DNA of 64,000 bases, taken from positions 160,001-224,000 of the forward strand of contig OY760074.1 in the NCBI GenBank assembly GCA_963663035.1, read 5' to 3'. Both the position numbers and the translations under genes were made by a program. The notes under the pieces were generated by a model, which had not been told where the DNA came from, ran no database searches, and saw nothing but the letters and a program-made list of their open reading frames with translations. Origin of the DNA: Acidobacteriota bacterium (GTDB lineage Bacteria; Acidobacteriota; UBA6911; RPQK01; JADFOI01). This document shows, piece by piece, positions 1-8,761 of this stretch (position 1 is the first letter of the stretch; each line of letters opens with the position of its first letter).

Positions 1-395
1 CACAGGGAATCTACTTCGGCGGTAACGAGATGCACTTAACACCGCGAGCCATGCTCGAGATCGGTGAGCTCTACCTCAGCCACGGTCAAGTGGGTGAAGA
101 GCAGGTTGTGTCCGAGAGGTGGATCCAGGAGTCCCTTGTGCCGCGCACCCAGTCCCGCAGGAGCCGGCGCGAGTACGGTTACGGGTGGTGGATGCGGCAA
201 CTGGCCGGGCACCAGGCCTACTACGCCTGGGGCTACGGAGGGCAATTCATCTTCGTGGTCCCCGATCTCAGCTTGGTCGTTGTCACCACCTCCTCACCAT
301 TACCGGGACAGGGACGACGTGAGCACCTGCGGGCCATCTACGATTTAGTGGAGTACGATCTTCTACCCGCGGTGGACACCACCCGCGGCCAATAG
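1..395 (+). CDS. Serine hydrolase / beta-lactamase class C (AmpC-like) family protein, 5' truncated by the window edge
   Basis: Frame is open from the window edge (QGIYFGGNEM...). It has the family's C-terminal motifs YGYGWW and AWGYGGQFIFVVP. Confidence 0.85.
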   Translation, partial: QGIYFGGNEMHLTPRAMLEIGELYLSHGQVGEEQVVSERWIQESLVPRTQSRRSRREYGYGWWMRQLAGHQAYYAWGYGGQFIFVVPDLSLVVVTTSSPLPGQGRREHLRAIYDLVEYDLLPAVDTTRGQ

Positions 396-404
396 CGGTC
401 CACG

Positions 405-1202
405 CTACTGTGAAACCCTGCTGCTGTAATACTGCCAGGGCCTGGAGGGATTTGCCGGCTGAAGCATGCTGGACTCCTCCGCAGTGAAGGGGACCGGCTC
501 TCCAACAGTTGTGGCAAGGAGTTGAATTTTAGCGGCCCTCTCCAGGAAGATTGCCCGTATGGTTGTCAGTTCAACTGTGGGGCCAACGATCACAGCTCCG
601 TGCCTCTTTAAGAGCAGTGCATTGTCGGTCCCCAAGAGCTCGGCCACCTGTTCCCCCAGCTCATTGGTAATAATGGTTCCGATCCTGTCCCAGGTTTTGG
701 CCGGGCCGATGTATTGTACCCCCTGGTTCATGGCAGGGTGAAAGGGGATGTCGGCGACGGTGAGAGCAACAGCGTAGTCTGAATGGGTATGGGCAATGGC
801 ATTGACATCGTCCCTCGCCTTGTAAATCCCCGAATGCATGTGGACCTCTGAATAGGTTGTTCCTTCCCCCTCTACAATCTCGCCGTCCAGATTGACCACC
901 AGGACATCCTCGAGCGTGACCAGGCCGGGAGACTTAGCACTGGTGATGAAAAAGCGATCACTATTGGGAATTCTGGCGCTGATATGGCCATAGGGAGCGA
1001 CCAGTTCTTTGAGATCCAGGATCCGGTTACCTGTGATGAGCTTTTCCTTTAATTCGTCTTCTTCCCCCAGCTCACTTCTTGTGCCTTCTTGTTCTTGTAG
1101 CTGTGCTCCCCCTGTTCCTTGCCCACACTGGGCTGTTGACAACAAGAGAAGGAGAGCAATGGAAGTGACCCAGACAGATGACATCCTTTTCCCAACGACC
1201 AT
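405..1202 (-). CDS. Class II aldolase/adducin family protein with N-terminal signal peptide
   Basis: Motifs GHISAR, SEVHMH, AHTHS and LKRHG (Zn ligands). Hydrophobic N-terminus and an AGGAGG RBS upstream. Confidence 0.85.
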   Translation of the reverse strand: MVVGKRMSSVWVTSIALLLLLSTAQCGQGTGGAQLQEQEGTRSELGEEDELKEKLITGNRILDLKELVAPYGHISARIPNSDRFFITSAKSPGLVTLEDVLVVNLDGEIVEGEGTTYSEVHMHSGIYKARDDVNAIAHTHSDYAVALTVADIPFHPAMNQGVQYIGPAKTWDRIGTIITNELGEQVAELLGTDNALLLKRHGAVIVGPTVELTTIRAIFLERAAKIQLLATTVGEPVPFTAEESSMLQPANPSRPWQYYSSRVSQ

Positions 1203-1316
1203 GACAAATTCCTCCTTAGTAATAGACTCAAGTTAACGGTTGTTGAGGGGAAGACTATCATGAACAAGTCATGAACGATCGGGAGCTGCTGGCAAGGCTG
1301 AGGAAGGTGAGAAGAC

Positions 1317-1530
1317 TGGCTGGGATTATGCATAGGTTTTCTACTGCGGTGCCGCAATCATCCACGCTGACTGCGTTGTGCGACCCGCAAGCGGGTACCC
1401 CTTGGGCTCCTCGGCGTACTGCAAGAGTACGCCTGCGGGGCCCGACCCGCAAGCGGGTACCCCTTCGCACGCCTTGTCATCGCGGCGCCTGCGGCACTTC
1501 ATCACGAAAACCTATGCATAAACCCAGCTA
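1317..1530. mobile_element. MITE-like modular hairpin element, type A, full length
   Basis: Terminal inverted repeats GCTGGGATTATGCATAGGTTTT / AAAACCTATGCATAAACCCAGC. Two GACCCGCAAGCGGGTACCCC modules and one GGCGTACTGCAAGAGTACGCC hairpin. Near-identical to the copies at 4762 and 59049. Confidence 0.85.
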
Positions 1531-1579
1531 GCAATACCAGTAGGACTCTCTTTATAATGTGCAGTCAGGCCGGAGTTTT

Positions 1580-2530
1580 ATGAGAAGAGTGGTTCCGAAA
1601 ATCCTTGTCGCAGCACTTGCCCTATTGCTCTTGGGGGCTTGTCAGCAGGAAGAGACTCTGCTGAGCCTTGCCGCAGGTACCCCTGAAGGCACCTGGCATC
1701 CCATCGGGGGGATGATCGGGAACATTATCAACCGCTACGTTCCTGGCATCAGGGTGAACATTGAGTCTACAGGTGGAGGGGTTGAAAACGTTCGGCTGCT
1801 GGGCACAAATCAGTCTGACATCGGGCTTTGTATTGCAGCCACTGCCCTGAACGGTTACCAGGGTGCCTACCCCTACAACCAGTCTTTTGACAATTTACGA
1901 ACCCTGATTTCCAGCTTCCAGCTGGGCTTCCTGCAAGTGGCAGTACTGGAAGAATCCCCCTTGGAATCGGTGGAGGATATCCATGGACAACGGGTCGCCG
2001 TTGGGCCGGCTGGGCACGGGTCTCTTCCCAGGCAAGAGGAGATTTATGAAGAGATGGGTATCTCCTTTGAATCCTTTACCCCGATTTACCTGCCTTTTCG
2101 CGATGCACTTCAAGCCTTGGGCGACCGTCGTCTGGATGCAGCTGTCGTGTATCAGTCGCCACCAGCTCCTTCGCTGATTGAATTTGGGGTCACCAGTCCG
2201 TTTCGCCTTCTGCCCGTAAGCCAGCTGTATAGGGATCGGTTAACGGGAAAATACCCCTATTTCGTGTCGACCGTCATTCCCAGGCAGTCCTACCAGCTGA
2301 GCCAGGACGTGCCCACCATTGCCACCGCAAATGTCATCCTGGTGCGCGAGGAGCTCCCCGAGGAGGCCGTTTACCAAATCACCAGGGCCATTCTGGAGCA
2401 TGTCGATGAGCTTCGCCGGGCCCATCCCTCGCTTCAGGATTTCCAACCCGAAATGGCCGTGCTTGGGCAAGTCGTTCCCTACCACCCAGGGGCGGAAAGA
2501 TATTTTAGGGAAGTGGGGCTGCTCGAATGA
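1580..2530 (+). CDS. TAXI-family TRAP transporter substrate-binding lipoprotein
   Basis: Lipobox LLGAC. TAXI motifs GTPEGTWHPIGG, STGGGVEN and VPYHPGAERYFRE. Confidence 0.9.
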   Translation: MRRVVPKILVAALALLLLGACQQEETLLSLAAGTPEGTWHPIGGMIGNIINRYVPGIRVNIESTGGGVENVRLLGTNQSDIGLCIAATALNGYQGAYPYNQSFDNLRTLISSFQLGFLQVAVLEESPLESVEDIHGQRVAVGPAGHGSLPRQEEIYEEMGISFESFTPIYLPFRDALQALGDRRLDAAVVYQSPPAPSLIEFGVTSPFRLLPVSQLYRDRLTGKYPYFVSTVIPRQSYQLSQDVPTIATANVILVREELPEEAVYQITRAILEHVDELRRAHPSLQDFQPEMAVLGQVVPYHPGAERYFREVGLLE

Positions 2531-2586
2531 TGTCGAGCGCTTCTGCCACACCTTGCGCCGTCTCCACCTAGCCGGGAGTACAAACC

Positions 2587-3267
2587 ATGTTTTATGAACC
2601 ACGCCACAACGATCACGGCCTGCCCTACAATCCTTTCAAAGCTTGCGTGGTGCCGCGTCCGATCGGTTGGATTACCAGCCTGAGTCACGATGGCATCGTC
2701 AATCTCGCACCCTTTTCGTGCTCGAACCAGCTTGGCTACGATCCGCCCTTCGTTTTTTTCTCGGGCTCCGGCCGACCGGAGGAGGAGGGAGCTGAGCCAA
2801 GACGCAAGGACAGCGTGATGAACGCTGAGAACACCGGTGAGTTCGTGTTCAACATGGCGACCTATGAACTGCGCGAGCAGATCAACCTGTCCTCAGCCCG
2901 CGTGCCGCCCGAGGTCGACGAGATGGAGCTGTGCGGCCTAACCAAACTGCCCTCGAGGCTGGTGCAACCGCCCCGTGTCGGCGAATCCCCGGTCAATCTC
3001 GAATGCAAGTACCACTGCACGTTGACGCTTCCCGCCAACAGCCCAAACACGGTGCACCACGTCGTGGTCGGCCAGGTGGTCGGCATCCACATCGACGACC
3101 AGGTCATCACTGACGGGAAGGTCGATTGGGTCAAGATCCAGCCGCTGGCGCGCATGGGCTACTCGGACTACACCTATGTCAGCCAGGTCTTCACGATGAA
3201 GCCGCCTCATGGCGAATCCCCCTCGGGCCAGATCGGTGAGCCGACCAGAGTGGAGGAGCGCGGGTAG
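2587..3267 (+). CDS. Flavin reductase family protein (DIM6/NTAB)
   Basis: Motifs NPFKACVVPRPIGWIT, NLAPFS, KDS..N..GEFV and PLARMG. Confidence 0.9.
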   Translation: MFYEPRHNDHGLPYNPFKACVVPRPIGWITSLSHDGIVNLAPFSCSNQLGYDPPFVFFSGSGRPEEEGAEPRRKDSVMNAENTGEFVFNMATYELREQINLSSARVPPEVDEMELCGLTKLPSRLVQPPRVGESPVNLECKYHCTLTLPANSPNTVHHVVVGQVVGIHIDDQVITDGKVDWVKIQPLARMGYSDYTYVSQVFTMKPPHGESPSGQIGEPTRVEERG

Positions 3268-3360
3268 TAGCCCGCACTTCTCACACCCGCTCTGCTGCAT
3301 CGGCGCAATGATCCGACCTGACAGCGTTTCGCGACGACCTGGTGCGAGAAATGCGGGCTA
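3268..3360. mobile_element. MITE-like element, type B, minimal 93-bp form
   Basis: Ends TAGCCCGCACTTCTCACACC / GGTGCGAGAAATGCGGGCTA. Inverted relative of the 10037 and 12516 copies without the internal modules. Directly follows the TAG of the flavin reductase. Confidence 0.8.
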
Positions 3361-3372
3361 GTAGCCCTGCAG

Positions 3373-4056
3373 TCACTCAGTTTCCTCGATCTCAAAGGTT
3401 TCCAGTGATCGGATCTCCTCTTTCCTGGATTGAAAAACTCCAACTGCAGCAATGATGCCTAGAGCGCAGCCAATGGCGTGGGTCCGGTAGCTCACCGAGG
3501 GCGACAGATTGGTGGGAATCAGGACGATGAGTCCGATGCCAATAGCATGCAGAAGCCGTTTTTGAAGTGGGCGGGTTCGCTCGACCAAAACATACATAGT
3601 GAGCCAGAACCCCGCCATCAGATAGACCACTCCCGACGCCCCAACCAGCTGAATGTTCCCCTGATAGGTGAGAAGGGAACAATAGTTCACGAGTGCGCCG
3701 AGTGCCGCAATGGAGACCGGATACATCCAAAAGCCAAAGTATCCGTACAGCAAATAGGCGAAAAAGGTAAAGAAGATGATGTTGGAAAGAAAATGCCGCA
3801 GATCAGCATGGACGGCAACTGCCGTGATCAGTCTCCAATACTCCTGCTCTGCGAAGACCTGATCCGGTATGGCAGCCCACCGTCCGAACAGCTGTGGATC
3901 TCGCCAGCAAAGCAAGGAAACAAACAGAATCACCATGGCGCTGAGCACGGCTATCACTGTGCTCCCCTCTCGAGGAGGTTGAGACATAAACGTACTCTTG
4001 ATCCGAATTTCTACCTGGTCGAATGTGGGAAAGGGTGGGAAAGGCATGAAAAACAA
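3373..4056 (-). CDS. Rhomboid family intramembrane serine protease
   Basis: WRL motif, H..N, catalytic GASG and downstream His (THAIG), several TM helices. Start uncertain. Confidence 0.9.
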   Translation of the reverse strand: MFFMPFPPFPTFDQVEIRIKSTFMSQPPREGSTVIAVLSAMVILFVSLLCWRDPQLFGRWAAIPDQVFAEQEYWRLITAVAVHADLRHFLSNIIFFTFFAYLLYGYFGFWMYPVSIAALGALVNYCSLLTYQGNIQLVGASGVVYLMAGFWLTMYVLVERTRPLQKRLLHAIGIGLIVLIPTNLSPSVSYRTHAIGCALGIIAAVGVFQSRKEEIRSLETFEIEETE

Positions 4057-4108
4057 GGGAGAGTTCGGGGCCTGTCCTCGAACTCCCCGAACTCTCTATC
4101 CGTCTACT

Positions 4109-4690
4109 CTACTCGCTGACGTTGAAGGTGGCTCTCAGTTGAAGCGTGTCCCAACTTATCAGGATCTCAGCACCGCCCTCATCAACTGGGTTCATCTCGA
4201 TGGTGAATTGCTCTACACTCTCTGCCAGCTCAGAACTCTCCAATGGACTCTCGGCGATGTCGTTTTCCGCTTTGCGGTCCAGTCCCCAAATGTCGGCTTC
4301 CGAGTTAAAGATGAGGCGCCAGTCATCGGAGCTGACCTTCTTTGCCCAAATCGAGTACCTTCCTGTCTCAATGAGTGTCTCGCCAAATAACAGATCGGTA
4401 TTGGTTTCAAGACGAGTCGCATCGTTCATCCCCAGTCTCCACACCTGGCCGTCCGGCAGTTGCGAGAGCATATTCCGCCCCTTGAGCTCGGGGCGCCCAT
4501 AGTTGATTGAAGTTTGGGTGCTGCCGAGCACTATTTCAGCCGTTCCCCGGTCACTGGATGCAGCCGGGTCCTGAGCTGCCTCGCCTTCTCCCGCGCCGGC
4601 AGCCGGTTCTTCGGTTGTTGTCTGCGGCGAACTGCAAGCCGCTGACAAAGCTGTCATAACAACAAGAATGAAAAAAATTCGATTCATCAT
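4109..4690 (-). CDS. DUF2911 domain lipoprotein
   Basis: Lipobox SAAC. DUF2911 motifs INYGRP..KGR, VWRLGMNDAT and GRYSIW. Confidence 0.85.
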   Translation of the reverse strand: MMNRIFFILVVMTALSAACSSPQTTTEEPAAGAGEGEAAQDPAASSDRGTAEIVLGSTQTSINYGRPELKGRNMLSQLPDGQVWRLGMNDATRLETNTDLLFGETLIETGRYSIWAKKVSSDDWRLIFNSEADIWGLDRKAENDIAESPLESSELAESVEQFTIEMNPVDEGGAEILISWDTLQLRATFNVSE

Positions 4691-4761
4691 GTCCTCCCTG
4701 GGTGTGAAATTCTAACAGTTTTTCTGAACTTGGCAAAAGATATGTTGGGGCGGGTGTGGGG

Positions 4762-4974
4762 TAGCCGGTATTATGCATAAATTTTCTACTGCAGTGCCGC
4801 AATCATCCACGCTGACTGCGTTGTGCGACCCGCAAGCGGGTACCCCTCGGGCTCCTCGGCGTACTGCAAGAGTACGCCTGCGGAGCCCGACCCGCAAGCG
4901 GGTACCCCTTCGCACGCCTTGTCATCGCGACACCTGCGGCACTTCGTCACGAAAACCTATGCATAATCCCGGCT
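4762..4974. mobile_element. MITE-like element, type A, full length
   Basis: Near-identical to 1317..1530. Ends TAGCCGGTATTATGCATA / TATGCATAATCCCGGC. Confidence 0.85.
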
Positions 4975-4975
4975 T

Positions 4976-5473
4976 CTAGCCAGGCAACACCCGAAAAGAA
5001 TGGACATTGGCGCTCCCGGGGCTCTGCCATTCGGTGTATTTTTGGATGAAACTCTGGAGCACAGCTTCCCTTTCGGCTGGATCTGTAACAACAGAGACTG
5101 GCCGATCAAATAATTGATTTCCGATCTTCAGTCGCACGCGGGGATCGCGGATGACGTTTTGGTTCCACAATCTACCCAGTGGGAACTCACCTCCCTGGTA
5201 ATAAGCGGAGAACAGGTACAGCTGACCGTTGTAGAGGGCGCAGTAAGTCGTGACCGAGTGGGGAATGAAATACCAGGTTCGAGTCTCAACGTTGATTTCC
5301 TCAAACTGGTCGGTAAAGGACCAGTCAGTGACGGGTGTGGTGACGAGTTCCCCTTTGAGCCACAACCCGGGGCTGCGATCGCGGGGCTCGAAACCAATGA
5401 TTCGCAGTGTGATGAGCCCCAAAACCAGGCACAGGAGAACGAAGGATCCGCCAATGATGAACAGTCTCTTCAT
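4976..5473 (-). CDS. Membrane-anchored split-barrel protein (DUF2255 / deazaflavin-nitroreductase-like)
   Basis: N-terminal TM helix and the W..N...DPRVRL motif. Lies 21 bp after the GMC oxidoreductase, so probably co-transcribed. Confidence 0.55.
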   Translation of the reverse strand: MKRLFIIGGSFVLLCLVLGLITLRIIGFEPRDRSPGLWLKGELVTTPVTDWSFTDQFEEINVETRTWYFIPHSVTTYCALYNGQLYLFSAYYQGGEFPLGRLWNQNVIRDPRVRLKIGNQLFDRPVSVVTDPAEREAVLQSFIQKYTEWQSPGSANVHSFRVLPG

Positions 5474-5494
5474 AAGGAGAGCGTGATAGAAACC

Positions 5495-7000
5495 TTATTT
5501 TGTGAAGTGACGTTCCACAATACGAGCTGCCGCAAAGACCGACACGGCTGCTTGTGGTGTGCCGGTGTTCCCGGTGGTCACACGAGGAATCACGCTGGCA
5601 TCGCAAAGAAACAAGTTGTCCACATCGTGCGACTCGAAGTAAGGGTTGACCACGGATGTCTTGGGGTCGGTCCCGGCCCGGCAGGAACCCACCAGGTGTG
5701 AGCCGCCTGTACCGCTTGTGATCCGGATGGGAATATCAATCGGAGTGATTTTTTTGGCCCCCATTTTCACCAGCACTTCATGAGCCATCTGCAGGGCCTC
5801 TTTGGTCCGCCTGATGGTCAGGCTGTGATCGCCGCCGTAAACCCGCCTTCCATCCGGATCGATAAACCAGCGTCCCGAGGCTTTGGAGAGCCTGGGATTC
5901 AGCGATCCCACTTTGAGAATTCCATTTTCCTTCATGAACTGCTTGTGTTCCTGACCAAAGTCCGGCGCAAAAGTGTTCAACGCCGCCGTTTGAGGATACA
6001 TGTTGCCTCCTAGGTCGGCCCGGAACAAAAGCCGTCCTTCACCATCCGCCCGGTCGTCGTGGATCATGTAGTACCCTCTGATGGCTCCCACCTTCCCGTC
6101 TCCGACAGGTTCATCAAAGAGAGCACTGATCCCGGGTCCGCGGGGATGCCCATCGATGTGTTTTCCAATATTGGAGTTCTCCACAAAGATTGAATTGCCT
6201 TTCCAGTCCGCCGGCCCGTAGCCGGAGCGCATCAGGAGCAGAGGCGTTTTACTGTGTCCACAGGAGAGAATGATGTGGTCGGCCGTCAGTTCGTACCTGG
6301 AACCTTCACTGGTACAGGCCAAACCGCTCGCCACTCCCCGCTCTCCCTTGGAAGCGATTAAGACCCTCTCCACCTCCGTGTTGGCCAAGATGTCCACCCC
6401 GTACTTTTCCGCCTTGGGCATATACGACACCAGAGTGCTGGAGCGTGAATCGTACTTGCACATGTTGGCTCCCGCGCAAAAGCCGCAGTAAATACAGTTG
6501 CGCCGCGCCCCTTCCTGTCGGTACGGCTCATATCCCATCTGCTTGGCGACCGCATAGAAGAGTCTGTTGCCGCGGGTGTTCACCTCCTCAGGATAGGCAT
6601 GGACGCTGAATTCGCGGCGGGTCTCTGCCACTGCCTCGCGAAAGTTCTCCTCAGTCCAATCAACCCCGGTTTCCTTTTGCCAGTGGATGTAGTCGATGGG
6701 GAAGGGCAAGAACGCCGAGGCCTGCCAGTGCAGGGAACTCCCTCCCACCAGCTTGGCCGAGCCGTCCTCCCAGTGCAGGGTGGGGTCCGCACCTCCGACG
6801 TTGGTGAACCTGTGGCGCCTGGTGGCGGATCCGTAGCCGGGTCGAGAAGGGCCCTTGAGATAAGGTCCTGCCTCGATCAGGGCAACTTTCAGTTGATCCC
6901 CAGTGCTGGGATTGACGCCCTTTTCGGCGATGTTTGCGGCCAATATAGGCCCTGAGAAACCGGCCCCAACAATGGCTACATCGTAGTGAGATTCAGGCAT
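5495..7000 (-). CDS. GMC family oxidoreductase
   Basis: FAD motif GAGFSG, VGGSS, Cys cluster CIYCGFC...C, catalytic region HLVGSCRAG...CDASV.P...GN. Confidence 0.9.
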   Translation of the reverse strand: MPESHYDVAIVGAGFSGPILAANIAEKGVNPSTGDQLKVALIEAGPYLKGPSRPGYGSATRRHRFTNVGGADPTLHWEDGSAKLVGGSSLHWQASAFLPFPIDYIHWQKETGVDWTEENFREAVAETRREFSVHAYPEEVNTRGNRLFYAVAKQMGYEPYRQEGARRNCIYCGFCAGANMCKYDSRSSTLVSYMPKAEKYGVDILANTEVERVLIASKGERGVASGLACTSEGSRYELTADHIILSCGHSKTPLLLMRSGYGPADWKGNSIFVENSNIGKHIDGHPRGPGISALFDEPVGDGKVGAIRGYYMIHDDRADGEGRLLFRADLGGNMYPQTAALNTFAPDFGQEHKQFMKENGILKVGSLNPRLSKASGRWFIDPDGRRVYGGDHSLTIRRTKEALQMAHEVLVKMGAKKITPIDIPIRITSGTGGSHLVGSCRAGTDPKTSVVNPYFESHDVDNLFLCDASVIPRVTTGNTGTPQAAVSVFAAARIVERHFTK

Positions 7001-7138
7001 GGTCTTTGTCCTCGCTCGCTCCTGGACTAGCGTCCACTTGTGCCTTCATGAAAATTTAGGCAGGAGTCTATACCTTTCACGCCGATTAGGAAAGCAGCTA
7101 TCCTCACAGCTGTTTCTGACCTGAGAAATTGGGTTGCT

Positions 7139-7501
7139 CTATTCGTCCCGGTAAACAAGTTCGGGTGAAAATGCCGGCCGGCAGACGGCAATGTACTCCG
7201 CCCCTTCCGAATGGGGAGAGCTGTACTGGACCCATTCACCTCCGGTTACGGACACAGCCTGTCCGGCAGCGACATCGAATTCCCGCTCTTTCAGTTTGAT
7301 ATGGAGCATGCCGCGCAGGACGACAGTGTATTCGTCAAACTCAGGTGTCTGGCCGGGCTCGCTCCAGCCTGGAGGACTCTTCATCCTGGCTATGCTGAGG
7401 CTGTCGGTTTCCGAGTTGACGCGTCCAAAGAACTCTTCGATTCTTTTCGGGGGCTCACCGGCTGCCCGAACGATAGTGGGTTGTTCGATCAACTTGGCCA
7501 T
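7139..7501 (-). CDS. Cupin domain protein
   Basis: Conserved motifs WSEPGQTPEFDEYTVVL and YIAVC.PAFSP. Confidence 0.85.
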   Translation of the reverse strand: MAKLIEQPTIVRAAGEPPKRIEEFFGRVNSETDSLSIARMKSPPGWSEPGQTPEFDEYTVVLRGMLHIKLKEREFDVAAGQAVSVTGGEWVQYSSPHSEGAEYIAVCRPAFSPELVYRDE

Positions 7502-7525
7502 GATTTCTCCTCGATCCACAGCTGC

Positions 7526-7837
7526 TCAGTGAAGCATGCTAACGTAGTGCCCATTTTTGAAATCGCTGAAAAAGTGGTCGAGCATGGGATGTTTGATGGG
7601 ATCCTGCAGAGCATCCGGCTCGAGGTTTCTCTCTGCAACGTAAGTCATATTCTGAGCGTTGTGTACCAGGACGTGGTACCAGGGCTTGTCCTTAGGCGGC
7701 TGGCTCTTCGCCACTTGCTCATACCATGCGTCGGTGCCCTGAAAGGTCGCGTCGACATCCACGATGACCCCGCGATAGTCGAAGAGCTGATGGTGTATGA
7801 GCTGCCCAATGCTGAATTTACAGCTAGTCTCAATCAT
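7526..7837 (-). CDS. hspQ: Heat shock protein HspQ (YccV, hemimethylated-DNA-binding domain)
   Basis: Motifs KFSIGQLIHH..FDYRGVIVDVD, PWYHVLV and TYVAERNL. Confidence 0.9.
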   Translation of the reverse strand: MIETSCKFSIGQLIHHQLFDYRGVIVDVDATFQGTDAWYEQVAKSQPPKDKPWYHVLVHNAQNMTYVAERNLEPDALQDPIKHPMLDHFFSDFKNGHYVSMLH

Positions 7838-7975
7838 GAGTTTTGAACCGCCATACTAACAGACTTTACTCACCGTGTACTTGGCTTTTAACCCCCTCAA
7901 CCTCTAACATCTAGGCGACAGAGGCACGAAAGCAGAAACGCAATACTGCACCAAGGACCAAGTGAGGAGAATCTT

Positions 7976-8761
7976 ATGACGGACAATACTCTGCAAGGAC
8001 GTTTCATCTGGTACGAGCTCCTGACCTCAGACCCGCAGGCAGCCACCAGTTTTTACACAGCACTCATCGGGTGGGGTACGACTGAATGGGAAGGGGGAGA
8101 GGGAACTTACACCATGTGGACCAATGGGGAAAACTCTCTTGGAGGTGTCATTGTTTTACCGGAGGAGGCCAAGGCAGCCGGTGCACCGCCCCACTGGTTG
8201 GGCTACGTCGGAACTTCGGATCTGGATGCCACCATCTCACGGGTGGAGGAGCTTGGGGGCAAGGTGCTGGCGGCCCCCCCTGAGATCCCCACGGTTGGAC
8301 GCTTTGCAGTGATCTCTGATCCACAGGGGGCCGTCTTCGCAGCTTTTACGCCAGCTGGAGAAGCTCCCGGACATGAGGGCCCAGCCCAGCAGGGCGAGGT
8401 CTCGTGGCATGAACTGGCAACAAGCGACCACGAAGCCGCCTTCGAGTTCTATTGGGAGCTCTTTGGCTGGAAGAAAACTGATAATCTGGATATGGGTCCC
8501 ATGGGGACCTATCAGATGTATGGTCGCAAGGACCTGACGCTGGGTGGAATGTTCAACAAGTCCAGCGACATGCCCGGTCCACCGGCCTGGCTACTCTATA
8601 TCAAGGTTGGAGATGTCGATCAGGCAGTTGAAAAAGTCAAGGCACTTGGTGGAAAGGTCCTGAACGGACCAATGGAGGTTCCCGGTGGAAGCGGAGATCG
8701 CATCGCTCAGTGTATGGATCCACAGGGAGCTGCCTTTGCCATGCATTCGACTGGCGGCTAA
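7976..8761 (+). CDS. VOC family (glyoxalase/bleomycin resistance) protein, two-domain
   Basis: Two repeats of W.EL...D ... DPQGA.F. GAGGAG RBS. Confidence 0.9.
   Translation: MTDNTLQGRFIWYELLTSDPQAATSFYTALIGWGTTEWEGGEGTYTMWTNGENSLGGVIVLPEEAKAAGAPPHWLGYVGTSDLDATISRVEELGGKVLAAPPEIPTVGRFAVISDPQGAVFAAFTPAGEAPGHEGPAQQGEVSWHELATSDHEAAFEFYWELFGWKKTDNLDMGPMGTYQMYGRKDLTLGGMFNKSSDMPGPPAWLLYIKVGDVDQAVEKVKALGGKVLNGPMEVPGGSGDRIAQCMDPQGAAFAMHSTGG

Noticed and set aside
1383-1463. GACCCGCAAGCGGGTACCCC direct repeats as a mini-CRISPR
   Set aside because: There are only two units, the intervening sequence is nearly the same in every copy, and no cas genes are present.
1271-1531. Similar short ORFs inside the repeats (1271..1531, 4773..4979, 59082..59264, 33806..33994 and antisense versions)
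   Set aside because: They are by-products of a GC-rich palindromic element. Starts and frames are not conserved between copies, and the substitutions preserve base pairing rather than protein.
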